A DNA stretch of 64,000 nucleotides from an uncultured Clostridia bacterium (GCA_944385925.1 CALWZE010000013.1:29699-93698); one strand, 5' to 3'. Positions 18,296 to 27,923 are shown, counted from the first letter of the stretch. The notes: generated from the sequence alone by a model not told the origin. Numbers and translations are program-made.

Positions 18296-19183
18296 TTACA
18301 CCTTTGAAACACCTTTCTTGCCGAACAGGCCGTTGGGCTTGATGATCAGGATCAGAATCAGGATCACAAAAGCCATTGGATCACGAACATTGCTGCCCAG
18401 ATACTGCGCGGCGATGCACTCTACAACACCGACAACCAGGCCGCCGACAACCGACCCGTAAAGTACGCCAATGCCGCCAACGACCGCCGCCGCAAAGGCT
18501 TTCAGGCCGATGGTCGCGCCCATTGTCGGGGAAATGATCTGATAATAGCCGCTGATGAGGGTGCCCGCGATTGCCGCTGAACAGCCGCCCAGAAAGAAGG
18601 TAAAGGAAATAACAAAGTTGGTATTAACGCCCATGAGGCTGGCGGCGCGGGCATTCTGCTCGGTCGCTCGCATCGAAAGACCGATTTTTGTCTTGTTTAC
18701 AATGTACGAAAGCACTGCAAGCAGTACCAGCGCCACCGCAAACATAATGATCTGGCTGCTCTGAATCGTCAGGTTTCCGATCATGATGTTGGGGAACAGA
18801 TTAAGGGACGGAAATCCCTTCTTCTCGCTGGTAAAGACCTGCTCGAGCGCAAGTCCGTTCTGAATGATAAAGGATACGCCGACCGTCGTGATGAGAGACG
18901 CGATCGGGATCGACTGCTTTTTGCGCAGAGGCTCAAGCGCAAGCTTATCGACAAGCATCGCAAGGATGCCGGAAAGGACAATAGCAATCATGATCGACCA
19001 GAACAGGCCGACTTGAATTGAGATAAAAAAGTACACCATATACGCGCCGAACGCATAAATGGAACCGTGTGCGAAGTTGATCAGTCTCAGTACGCCGAAA
19101 ACCATCGAATAGCCGACGGCGATCAATGCGTAAGCCATACCGAGTGCCAATCCGTTAATGACTGCGCCGATAAAAGTTTCCAT
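18296..19183 (-). CDS. livH: HAAT-family (LivH-like) ABC permease
   Basis: 295-aa polytopic protein with LINFAHG motif. Confidence 0.9.
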   Translation of the reverse strand: METFIGAVINGLALGMAYALIAVGYSMVFGVLRLINFAHGSIYAFGAYMVYFFISIQVGLFWSIMIAIVLSGILAMLVDKLALEPLRKKQSIPIASLITTVGVSFIIQNGLALEQVFTSEKKGFPSLNLFPNIMIGNLTIQSSQIIMFAVALVLLAVLSYIVNKTKIGLSMRATEQNARAASLMGVNTNFVISFTFFLGGCSAAIAGTLISGYYQIISPTMGATIGLKAFAAAVVGGIGVLYGSVVGGLVVGVVECIAAQYLGSNVRDPMAFVILILILIIKPNGLFGKKGVSKV

Positions 19184-19392
19184 ACGCTTAACGGTTTACG
19201 CAGCTCCGAAACCTTGGTGCGGAGCAACGGTAATTTCTCCTTCCTGAATAAGATAGCCCCTTGCTCAGCCGTATGAGCCGGGTTCTGCGAACATCCCTGC
19301 GCGCCCGCAGAAGGCTGTGGGCCGAGCCCACGGTTTCTCTCTCTGCCTGTTTTGGGCGCACACGCCTGAAACAGGCTTCCTGTTACATTTCA

Positions 19393-19426
19393 GTTCCGCA
19401 AGGGGGAAGCCTCCCCCTTGCGGAAC
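19393..19426 (-). other. Perfect 15-bp stem-loop between the binding-protein and permease genes
   Basis: gttccgcaaggggga-agcc-tcccccttgcggaac with no clear U-tract on either strand. It is likely a partial terminator or a 3' stabiliser for the binding-protein mRNA. Confidence 0.5.
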
Positions 19427-19444
19427 CATTTGCAGATTAACGAA

Positions 19445-20608
19445 TCAGAACTCTGCGACGACGAACTCGCCGTCCTTAACCATGATCTTGGTGAAGACCT
19501 TCATCGCGTCACCGATCTCGTCAAAGGTCGTCGGACCGGACATACCGTCGAAGTTGGTCTCAAACATGGCGTCCTTGATCGCTTCGCGGTCAAGCGAACC
19601 AGCGCGCTCGATCGCCTCGATCAGGATGTAGGTGGAATCGTAAGCCTGGGTGGTCAGCGCGGAGGGCGCAGCACCGTATTTGTCGGTGTAAGCCTTGACG
19701 TAAGCCTGAACGTCGGGATCCGGGTTGCCCGCGAAGAACGCAACAGGCGCATAGATGCCCTCGGCAGCCTCACCGGCGATGTCGATCAGAGAAGTGGTGT
19801 AAGCATTGGAGCAGCCAACGAGCTTAACGTCGTAATCGCTGCTGTCGCAAGCCAGCGCAAACGGCGCCAGGGTCTCATACATACCGGCAACGAGGATCAC
19901 GTCCACGTTCTGCGCTCTGAAGTTTGCAATCTCGGTCGCGAAGTCGGTCTGGGTCGCCGCAACTTCCTGACGGATAGCGAGGTTGCCGCCGAGATCCTTA
20001 ACGTTCTCTTCCATCGCGTTGCCGGCCGACTGGCCCCACTCGGTGTCGATGGACAGTACGCCGATCGAAGTTCCCTTCAGATCGTTGATCGCGATTTCCG
20101 CACCGGTACGGGTCTCAACCGTGATAACGGTGTTGTTGCGGAAGATGTAATCGCCGATGCTGGAATAATCCGCGTGCGAAGAGGTCGGGCTGATGTTGAT
20201 ATACTGTGCATCCTGATAGGTCGGAGCAGCCGCCATGCAGACGCCCGAGGAGAAGTGGCCGATTACGCCGTAAATGTCCGGAGTGGAAACGATCTGCTCA
20301 GCGATCGTCAGCGCCTCGTCGGACTCGTTCTTGTCGTCGAACTCAACGATCTCAACGGTGTAGGTCGCGTCGCCGACCTTAACGCCGCCCTCGGCGTTAA
20401 CCTGCTCCGCAACGAGCTTCGCCGCGTTCGCAAAGCCGATACCATACTCGGCATTGTCACCGGTCATCGGGCCGGCAACCGCAATTTTGATGACGCCGCC
20501 CTCAGCGCCGCTTTCGGTTTCGCCGCCGGCAGGGGTTTCACCGCCGCCGCAGGCAACCAGAACAAAGACCATCGCGAGAGCCAGAAGAACCGCTAAAACT
20601 TTTTTCAT
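19445..20608 (-). CDS. HAAT-family (LivJ/K-like, Peripla_BP_6) substrate-binding lipoprotein
   Basis: Signal peptide with lipobox LVAC|GGG. 387 aa with type I periplasmic binding fold character. Confidence 0.9.
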   Translation of the reverse strand: MKKVLAVLLALAMVFVLVACGGGETPAGGETESGAEGGVIKIAVAGPMTGDNAEYGIGFANAAKLVAEQVNAEGGVKVGDATYTVEIVEFDDKNESDEALTIAEQIVSTPDIYGVIGHFSSGVCMAAAPTYQDAQYINISPTSSHADYSSIGDYIFRNNTVITVETRTGAEIAINDLKGTSIGVLSIDTEWGQSAGNAMEENVKDLGGNLAIRQEVAATQTDFATEIANFRAQNVDVILVAGMYETLAPFALACDSSDYDVKLVGCSNAYTTSLIDIAGEAAEGIYAPVAFFAGNPDPDVQAYVKAYTDKYGAAPSALTTQAYDSTYILIEAIERAGSLDREAIKDAMFETNFDGMSGPTTFDEIGDAMKVFTKIMVKDGEFVVAEF

Positions 20609-20881
20609 TGTTTCTTCGAAAACATCCGTGCGGATATTTTCTTGCTCCTTTCAAAAATTTTGATTTATTTAAAACCCCTTGCTCCAAGGGCCTTTAAATC
20701 TTGCCAGAGTGACAAATCAGTTTGTTTTTGTGTTGCAACTATTGGAAATTTCCGCCTCTTTTCTGCTCTCATTCTATTTCAATCCAGCGAATTACACAAC
20801 GAAATTACACTTTCGTTACATATTTTCGTTAACTGACCCCGAACCGGGGGTAGTCGTTTATGCACTTTCGCAAAAAAATCA

Positions 20882-20925
20882 GTCTCAAAATGAAACTTCA
20901 TCGTCCAAAAGTATCATTATGAGAC
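20882..20925. terminator. Orphan bidirectional intrinsic terminator in the livJ/PAP2 intergenic region
   Basis: Stem gtctcaaaatga / tcattatgagac (1 mismatch, extendable by 4 bp), flanked by A7 upstream and T7 downstream. No annotated gene ends here on either strand. Confidence 0.5.
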
Positions 20926-21175
20926 CGTTTTTTTGTTGAACATTGAACTTTCTGTCTTTTATGCGGGGTATCTCGAGTATCTTTTTGTTCAGAGCAGATA
21001 AACACGCACTGCATTTCCAGATCAAAGCGCGACAGCCTACAGAAGCTTAGAGTCTCAAAAAGATGCTTATTTTTGTCGAATTTAATCGAACAGCTTATCC
21101 TGCTCACCCAATGGTGCAATTTTCTCTGAAATACGCTATACTTTCACTAAACACCTGCATAAAAGGAGACCGGAT

Positions 21176-22093
21176 ATGAATTTTTTATGGGCTCTGAGCG
21201 AAATGCGCACCCCTTTTCTTGAAAAACTGTTCAGTTTTATCACTGTTTTAGGAGAGGAACTGGTTGTAATCGCCCTTCTCTGCGCGATTTTCTGGTGCGT
21301 CGATAAGGAACTGACCTATCGAATCGGATTTGTCTATTTTATCGCGGGACTGTCTGTTCAAGGGCTGAAAATCACCTTTCGCATTGACCGTCCCTGGATT
21401 CTCGATCCATCTTTTCAACCGGTCGGAAACGCATTGGAAACCGCGACCGGCTACTCTTTCCCCTCCGGCCATACCCAGAGCGCCGCATCATTGTATGGCA
21501 CGCTTGCTGCACAAAGCCGCAAAGGCTGGCAGCGGGCCGTGCTGATCCTGCTGGCATTGCTTGTCGGATTTTCCCGCATGTTTTTAGGCGTTCACACCCC
21601 TAAAGACGTATTGGTTTCTTTGCTTCTCTCGGCGCTGATTATTTTGCTGGTCGAATGGTACTTTTCAAAATTTTCCGGCTCACGCCGGGCTGACGTCCTC
21701 GCATCTGTATTTTTCCTGATTGCCGCAGCGCTTCTGATTGCTTATTCCGTATCGCTGTTCAGCAGCGGCATCGTTGACCGCGAATACGCTGTTGATTGCT
21801 GTAAAGCCGCAGGCGCGGGCATCGGCTTTGCCGCAGGCTACTATCTTGAACGCCGGTATATCAACTTTGACCCGCGTGCCGCCCGTCTGCCGGTCCAACT
21901 GCTCAAATATATCGCCGGACTCGCCGGCGCTCTTGCGATAAAATCCGGTCTCAAACTGATATCGGGCGAAAGCCTTGCCGCAGACACCGTGCGATATGCG
22001 CTGGTTGTGCTCTGGATCATCGCCCTGTACCCCCTGCTTATCAAAAAACACATGAGCGGCGCGAAAGGAAAGCCCGGGAATGAAAACACTTGA
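21176..22093 (+). CDS. PAP2-family membrane phosphatase
   Basis: The three PAP2 motifs are KITFRIDRP, PSGH and SRMFLGVHTPKD, and there are extra C-terminal TM helices. AAGGAG RBS. Confidence 0.85.
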   Translation: MNFLWALSEMRTPFLEKLFSFITVLGEELVVIALLCAIFWCVDKELTYRIGFVYFIAGLSVQGLKITFRIDRPWILDPSFQPVGNALETATGYSFPSGHTQSAASLYGTLAAQSRKGWQRAVLILLALLVGFSRMFLGVHTPKDVLVSLLLSALIILLVEWYFSKFSGSRRADVLASVFFLIAAALLIAYSVSLFSSGIVDREYAVDCCKAAGAGIGFAAGYYLERRYINFDPRAARLPVQLLKYIAGLAGALAIKSGLKLISGESLAADTVRYALVVLWIIALYPLLIKKHMSGAKGKPGNENT

Positions 22094-22673
22094 AACAGAT
22101 CGGTTGATGCTGCGGGACTGGCAGCCCGCCGACTGCGATGATCTGTTTGCCTATGCCAGCTTGCCTGAAGTGGCGCTCAATGCAGGATGGCAGCCGCATA
22201 AAAGCATTGAAGATTCTCTTGCCGCTATCACCGGCCTTTATCCGGACTGCTGTTATGCACTACAGTTGCGCGAAACAGGCAGGGTTATCGGCAATATCGG
22301 ATTTTACAACACCTCAATCTGCCGGATTTTTCAGTGTCTGGATGGCCGGGAACTTGGCTTTGACCTGTCCCCTGCATTTTGGGGAAACGGGTTGATGACC
22401 GAAGCGGCGCAAGCACTGATCGGCGCGCTGTTTGATCCAAAAAGTTCTCCGATTTCTCCCGCACTGCGCGGCCCGCTGGATTACCTCTGGTTTGCGCATT
22501 TTCCTGAAAATCTGCGTTCGCGCAGAGTCGGCGAACGGCTTGGATTCCGGCGGCTGTTCTCCCGCGCACATCCTGTCGCCCAACTCGGGTCCGCTGAGAA
22601 AACAGAAGTGTTTTATCTTCTTGCCAACCCGAAAGTCTTTGGTCACAGCTGGGACCAATGCCCAAAGACGTGA
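22080..22673 (+). CDS. GNAT-family N-acetyltransferase (RimJ/RimL-like)
   Basis: N-terminus LETDRLMLRDW and an acetyltransferase core. It overlaps the PAP2 gene by 14 nt. Confidence 0.8.
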   Translation: MKTLETDRLMLRDWQPADCDDLFAYASLPEVALNAGWQPHKSIEDSLAAITGLYPDCCYALQLRETGRVIGNIGFYNTSICRIFQCLDGRELGFDLSPAFWGNGLMTEAAQALIGALFDPKSSPISPALRGPLDYLWFAHFPENLRSRRVGERLGFRRLFSRAHPVAQLGSAEKTEVFYLLANPKVFGHSWDQCPKT

Positions 22674-22827
22674 GTATGAGAATAACAAGCTCTGGCAAAG
22701 CCGCAAATCATCCTTTGGCAAAATCAAGCCACCAGTTCAATAGTGGTTTACACCGCTTTGAAAATCTATGATACCGGCATACCCTTATGAACTGCTGAAA
22801 TGCTCAATAACCGCATTAATTAAAATA

Positions 22828-22857
22828 ACAGGCCGCCATCAAAGCGGCCTGTTTTTA
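22828..22857 (+). terminator. Intrinsic terminator after the PAP2-GNAT pair
   Basis: Stem acaggccgc / gcggcctgt followed by TTTTTAT. Confidence 0.75.
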
Positions 22858-22998
22858 TGCCTCTCCATTCTTGCTGCCTGTAAACGAGTCATGTCTTTGC
22901 TTTTAATTTGGCCGACAAACTTGCTTTATTTTGGTAAAAAGAGGACATCTTTATCTGAAGAATTTTACCCCCGCCCCAAATCCGGGGCATTTTCACGC

Positions 22999-23044
22999 AA
23001 AAGTCAACTAAAAAGAGCAGGCGCGCTTCGATTTTTACGAAGCG
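22999..23044 (-). terminator. Intrinsic terminator about 175 nt downstream of the PFK gene
   Basis: 17-bp perfect stem agagcaggcgcgcttcg / cgaagcgcgcctgctct followed by T5 on the minus strand. Confidence 0.7.
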
Positions 23045-23221
23045 CGCCTGCTCTATAATATTTCACCCTGGATACTATCTCGCCTGTAGCCGTTTGCCGA
23101 TCTTGCCGGCTTTTTGAGGCGAATTGCTAAAAACCCTATTATCCGTGTTAAGCGGATTGGGTGTCTTTTTTTGTACAGCACTGTCTATAAATTCGAGGAC
23201 GTGCGTATAAGCTATGGAAAC

Positions 23222-24466
23222 TCAGACCGTAAACACCTTTTTAAGTTTGGCGTAGCGCGGCAGGCCCTGTTCGGTAGGCCGGTCGCACTCTCCCTGAATC
23301 AGCGGCAGCGCATAGCGAACAAATTCCTCGTTCATACCATTGCGCTCGGCGTTCATCATCGAGTCCGGCACCTTTTTCTCCACATTGGCAATCTCGCCGA
23401 GATCGAAAAGCTCCGTATGGCAGCTGTACGGCTCGCCTTCACCGCGTACAAAAGCAACCATGCAGTCGGTCCGGCCGGCAACCGCACTCTCAACGGCAGC
23501 CTTACCGGCTGCGAACGCCTCTTCAATATCGGTTTTGGAAGCACAGTGCGCAGCGCAGCGCTGCAGCAAAGAGAACTCGATTCCGCGGGTTTTCGCGCCG
23601 GTTTTTTCCTTGATAAGCGCCGCGAGAGTGGAGGCAAGGCCGCCCATCTGGCTGTGTCCGAACGCATCCTTGGTCTGCGCGAGATTGCTGCCATACTCGG
23701 AAATATATTTTCCGGCGAGGTCATGCACACCCTCTGAAACCGCGACCAGGCAGCTGCCTTTTGCATAGTACACCTTTTCCACATCGCGGACGAACTGCTC
23801 AAGATCAAACGGATTCTCCGGCAGATAAACCAGATCCGGACCATGGCCGATCTCATTTGCCAGCGCTGCGGCCGCAGTAAGCCAGCCGGCATTGCGTCCC
23901 ATGATTTCAAATATAATCACCGAACCGCGGTCATAAACGCCCGCGTCCAAAGCAATTTCGGAAACAGAGGTCGCGATATACTTTGCAGCGCTGCCGTAAC
24001 CTGGGCAATGATCGGTGCAGGCGAGGTCGTTATCGATGGTTTTGGGGATGCCGATAACATTGCAGTCATATCCCACTTTTTTGAAATACTGGGCAACCTT
24101 GTGGCAGGTGTCCATCGAGTCGTTTCCGCCATTATAGAAGAAATAGCGAACGTCATATTTCTGGAACACTTCCAGAATACGCTTATAATCGGTTTCATCC
24201 TGCCGGGCGTCTTTCAGCTTGTACCGGCAGGAACCGAAAGCCGCGGCCGGGGTGCTTTTCAGCAGCAGCAGCTCCTTTTCATCTTCTTTTCCGCAATCAA
24301 ACAGGCGCTCTTTAAGCACACCTTCGATCCCGTTTTGCGCACCATAAACCTTGGTGATGTTCGGATTTGCCAACGCAGTCATCACTGCGCCGCAAACGCT
24401 GGAATTAATGACCGCCGTCGGACCGCCGGACTGGCCGATCACACAGGCGCCTTTAAGCTCTTTCAT
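23222..24466 (-). CDS. pfp: Pyrophosphate-dependent 6-phosphofructokinase (diphosphate--fructose-6-phosphate 1-phosphotransferase)
   Basis: PfkA-family protein of about 414 aa. It has GGNDS where ATP-PFKs have GGDGS, and PKTIDND where they have PGTIDND; Asp and Lys at these positions are the PPi-specificity signature. ATG at 24466 after GAAGGAG. Confidence 0.85.
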   Translation of the reverse strand: MKELKGACVIGQSGGPTAVINSSVCGAVMTALANPNITKVYGAQNGIEGVLKERLFDCGKEDEKELLLLKSTPAAAFGSCRYKLKDARQDETDYKRILEVFQKYDVRYFFYNGGNDSMDTCHKVAQYFKKVGYDCNVIGIPKTIDNDLACTDHCPGYGSAAKYIATSVSEIALDAGVYDRGSVIIFEIMGRNAGWLTAAAALANEIGHGPDLVYLPENPFDLEQFVRDVEKVYYAKGSCLVAVSEGVHDLAGKYISEYGSNLAQTKDAFGHSQMGGLASTLAALIKEKTGAKTRGIEFSLLQRCAAHCASKTDIEEAFAAGKAAVESAVAGRTDCMVAFVRGEGEPYSCHTELFDLGEIANVEKKVPDSMMNAERNGMNEEFVRYALPLIQGECDRPTEQGLPRYAKLKKVFTV

Positions 24467-24558
24467 AATCGTTTTCTCCTTCACCTGTCATAAACTTTCT
24501 TACCTGTTCAGTTTACCATTTCAGGCCGATGAATTCAATAAGAAAAGGCGCTTGACTC

Positions 24559-24586
24559 TTGATTTTGCGGCAGTGCATGGTACAAT
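24559..24586 (+). promoter_or_regulatory. Putative sigma-A promoter of fba
   Basis: TTGATT, 16-nt spacer, then TGgTACAAT (extended -10), about 40 nt upstream of the fba ATG. Confidence 0.45.
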
Positions 24587-24625
24587 AAGGACAGGCAAAT
24601 AAACTTGTGAAACGGAGAGAAGATT

Positions 24626-25561
24626 ATGCCACTCGTAACTACAACCGAGATGTTTAAGAAAGCTTATGAGGGCGGTTACGCCATCGGCGCTTTTAACGTC
24701 AACAACATGGAAATCGTTCAGGGAATCACCGAGGCGGGCAAAGAGCTCAATTCCCCGCTGATTCTTCAGGTTTCCGCCGGCGCGCGCAAATACGCCAACC
24801 ACACCTATCTTGTAAAGCTGGTTGAGGCCGCGCTGATCGAGACCGACCTTCCCATCGCGCTGCACCTGGATCACGGCGACAGCTTCGAGCTTTGCAAAAG
24901 CTGCATCGACGGCGGTTTTTCGTCGGTCATGATCGACGGCAGCCACCACAGCTTCGAGGACAACATCGCGCTGACCAAGAAGGTCGTTGAGTATGCGCAC
25001 GATCACGGTGTTGTTGTTGAGGGCGAGCTTGGCCGTCTGGCCGGCATCGAGGATGCCGTCAATGTCTCCGACGAAGACGCTTCCTACACCCGTCCGGAAG
25101 AGGTTGAGGAGTTTGTCTCCCGCACCGGCGTTGACTCCCTCGCGATCGCTATCGGCACCAGCCACGGCGCATATAAGTTCAAGCCCGGCCAGAAACCGCA
25201 GCTGCGCTTCGACATCCTTGAGAAGGTCTCCGAGCGTCTGCCCGGATTCCCGATCGTCCTGCACGGCGCTTCCTCGGTTATCCCCGAGTTCGTTCAGATG
25301 ATCAACGAGAACGGCGGTAACATGCCGGATGCTATCGGTATTCCGGAGGATATGCTCCGTCAGGCTGCGAAGATGGCTGTCTGCAAAATCAACATCGACA
25401 GCGACCTTCGCCTTGCGATGACCGCGACCATCCGCAAATACTTTAACGAGCATCCTGATCACTTCGATCCGCGCCAGTACCTCGGACCGGCGCGCAACGC
25501 GATCAAGGAAATGGTCATGCACAAGATCAACACTGTTCTGGGCAGCGCCGGCAAGGCGTAA
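24626..25561 (+). CDS. fba: Class II fructose-1,6-bisphosphate aldolase
   Basis: 311 aa with YAIGAFNVNN, LHLDHG and AIGTSHGAYK motifs. Confidence 0.95.
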   Translation: MPLVTTTEMFKKAYEGGYAIGAFNVNNMEIVQGITEAGKELNSPLILQVSAGARKYANHTYLVKLVEAALIETDLPIALHLDHGDSFELCKSCIDGGFSSVMIDGSHHSFEDNIALTKKVVEYAHDHGVVVEGELGRLAGIEDAVNVSDEDASYTRPEEVEEFVSRTGVDSLAIAIGTSHGAYKFKPGQKPQLRFDILEKVSERLPGFPIVLHGASSVIPEFVQMINENGGNMPDAIGIPEDMLRQAAKMAVCKINIDSDLRLAMTATIRKYFNEHPDHFDPRQYLGPARNAIKEMVMHKINTVLGSAGKA

Positions 25562-25584
25562 GCCACTGACACAACAGAATATTA

Positions 25585-25621
25585 AAAAAGCTGCGGACCG
25601 GTTTTGGTCCGCAGCTTTTTT
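25585..25621. terminator. Bidirectional intrinsic terminator (fba on plus; also the only terminator seen downstream of the peptide ABC operon on minus)
   Basis: aaaaagctgcggacc-ggtttt-ggtccgcagcttttt, with A5/T5 flanks. Confidence 0.85.
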
Positions 25622-25907
25622 GTCTTGTTTTGCTTTAGCTTGGCACCCCAGCATTGCCCGGGTCGAGTAAAATCACTTTAACTTCAAGCTTCAATCAAAC
25701 GAGATGTTTTAAAATCCGGGAGAAATAACAGCCGTCCGTTTTCGGGTTGCGGGCAGGTGATCCAAAAGGCAAAATATTCAGTACCCCTTAGAAAACGGCG
25801 GGCGCCATGCCTTTGCAGGGTTTGACCCAAACGCATGGAATATGCTGTTCAGGTTTATCCGCACATGAAGCACGGACGCCCTGCGCATGCCGCGTGTCCG
25901 CATCCTA

Positions 25908-26903
25908 TTACTCGTTCTTGCCGTCGTAGAGATGGCAGGCAACCCGATGCCCCGTTGTGCCGATCTCGCGAAGCTCTGGCTCGACCTGCCGGCAGATTTC
26001 CCGACAATGCGCACAGCGCGGATGAAATCGGCAGCCATTTGGCGGTGCAAGCGGCGACGGAACGTCTCCTTTGAGGATGATCCGTTCTTTTTTTGCGCCG
26101 TAAACCGGAACCGGGACCGCAGAGAGCAGTGCCTGCGTGTAGGGATGCAATTTGCGCTCATAAAGCTCGTCTGCGCTTGCTGTCTCGACAATTTTTCCCA
26201 AATACATGACCGCAATGCGGTCGCTCATATACTGCACAACGCTCAGGTCATGCGCAATGAAGATATAAGAAAGCCCCAGCTCTTTTTGCAGATCCTTCAT
26301 GAGATTGAGAATCTGCGCCTGCACCGAGACGTCCAGCGCCGAAACAGGCTCGTCACAGACGATCAGTTCCGGGCTCATCGCCAGTGCCCGTGCAATGCAG
26401 ATACGCTGACGCTGGCCGCCGGAAAATTCGTGCGGATACCGGTACATGTAATCCGGCTGCAGATTCACCCGTTCCAGTGCCTGCGCCACGATTTCCCGGC
26501 GCTTTGCGCGGTCGCCAAAACCATGAATCCGCAGTTGTTCATCAAATGCGCCCAGAATATTCAGCCGCGGATTCAAGGAGCCGTACGGGTCCTGAAACAC
26601 CATCTGGATGCGGCGGCGCATATCAAAGCCGTCTTTTTTGTTCAGCATCAGAATGTTGCAGGTTTCGCCGTCCCGGTTAAACCAGAGTTTTCCCTCGTCC
26701 GGGTCCAAAAGCCGGACAATGCATTTTCCGAGCGTCGTTTTTCCACAGCCGGACTCGCCGACGATTCCAAGCGTCTCTCCCCGATAAAGGGTAAAAGAAA
26801 CGCCGTCCACCGCCTTGACCGGACGCGCTTTTTTCTCGCTCCAGCCCGTTCCGGTTCTGTAATATTTTATAAGGCTTTGGGCGATAAGCAGTTCGTCAAT
26901 CAT
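25908..26903 (-). CDS. Peptide (Opp/Dpp-type) ABC transporter ATP-binding protein, OppF-like
   Basis: Walker A GESGCGKTT, signature FSGGQRQR, and a C-terminal oligo_HPY Cys cluster CRFHPRCAHCREIC. Confidence 0.9.
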   Translation of the reverse strand: MIDELLIAQSLIKYYRTGTGWSEKKARPVKAVDGVSFTLYRGETLGIVGESGCGKTTLGKCIVRLLDPDEGKLWFNRDGETCNILMLNKKDGFDMRRRIQMVFQDPYGSLNPRLNILGAFDEQLRIHGFGDRAKRREIVAQALERVNLQPDYMYRYPHEFSGGQRQRICIARALAMSPELIVCDEPVSALDVSVQAQILNLMKDLQKELGLSYIFIAHDLSVVQYMSDRIAVMYLGKIVETASADELYERKLHPYTQALLSAVPVPVYGAKKERIILKGDVPSPLAPPNGCRFHPRCAHCREICRQVEPELREIGTTGHRVACHLYDGKNE

Positions 26904-27910
26904 TCCGCCGCGCCCCCTTCCGTATACAGATGACAGGACACTCTGTGTCCTGGTTCAGGCTCGGTCTCAACCGGCGGATGATCAAAGCAATGGGGGCCGG
27001 CTTTGGTGCAGCGGTCGGCAAAAGGACAGCCCTTAAAGACCGTCGAGCCGTCCGGCGTTGCGCCTTCAATGGAAACCAGCCGTTTATCCTTTCCCATTCC
27101 CAACACCGGAACAGACTGCATAAGCGCAACAGTATAAGGGTGCTTCGGGTTGGTGAACACCTGTTTGAGGGAGCCGTATTCCACAACTCTGCCCATATAC
27201 ATAACCGCGACACTGTCGCAGATTTCCGCCACAATGCCCATGTTGTGGGTAATGAGCATGATCGAGGTGCCGTATTCCTGCTGAATTTGCTGCATCAGTT
27301 CCAGAATCTGCGCCTGGATGGTCACGTCCAGCGCCGTTGTCGGCTCGTCTGCAATCAGCAAACTCGGGTTGCAGATCATCGCAATGGCAATCATCACCCG
27401 CTGTTTCATGCCGCCGGAAAACTGATGCGGATAGTCGCGCAGCCGCTTTTCCGCATCCGGAATCCCCAGCTTGTCCAAAAGCTGCGCCGCGCGGACCGCA
27501 GCTTGCTTTTTGCTGATTTTTTCATGTGCACGCAGCATCTCAATAATCTGATCCCCTATGGTATAGACGGGGTTCAGCGAAGAAAGCGGGTCCTGGAAAA
27601 TCATCGAGATCTCGCCGCCGCGCATCTCGCGCATTTTCCGTCCGGTGCGTTTGCATTCGCTCAGACAGACCGGTTCCCCCTCCTTCGGGAAGTACTCCAC
27701 CTTGCCGCCTTCGATCCTTCCGTTTTTCGGCAACAGCTGCAAGATGGAATGCGCGGTCGCGCTTTTGCCGCAGCCGGATTCCCCGACAATGCCAAGCGTC
27801 TCGCCGCGTTTGAGTTCAAAGCTGACGCCGTTGACCGCGTTGACCCGCCGTTTGCCGACATAATAGGCCGTTTGCAGGTCTTTCACCCGCAATATCATCT
27901 GTTGTTCCAT
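26900..27910 (-). CDS. Peptide (Opp/Dpp-type) ABC transporter ATP-binding protein, OppD-like
   Basis: Walker A GESGCGKS, signature FSGGMKQR, and a C-terminal CPFADRC...C cluster. Confidence 0.9.
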   Translation of the reverse strand: MEQQMILRVKDLQTAYYVGKRRVNAVNGVSFELKRGETLGIVGESGCGKSATAHSILQLLPKNGRIEGGKVEYFPKEGEPVCLSECKRTGRKMREMRGGEISMIFQDPLSSLNPVYTIGDQIIEMLRAHEKISKKQAAVRAAQLLDKLGIPDAEKRLRDYPHQFSGGMKQRVMIAIAMICNPSLLIADEPTTALDVTIQAQILELMQQIQQEYGTSIMLITHNMGIVAEICDSVAVMYMGRVVEYGSLKQVFTNPKHPYTVALMQSVPVLGMGKDKRLVSIEGATPDGSTVFKGCPFADRCTKAGPHCFDHPPVETEPEPGHRVSCHLYTEGGAAE

Positions 27911-27923
27911 TTACGGCCCTCCT

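Noticed and set aside
20645-20675. CodY-box-like AAAATTTTTGAAAGG just upstream of the Liv-type binding-protein gene.
   Set aside because: It aligns to AATTTTCWGAAAATT only with a 1-nt shift and several mismatches, which is too weak to call.
24521-25654. 377-aa minus-strand ORF covering the whole of fba.
   Set aside because: It is a codon-aligned antisense shadow of a highly expressed gene. It has no RBS, its composition is low-complexity, and fba itself is unambiguous.
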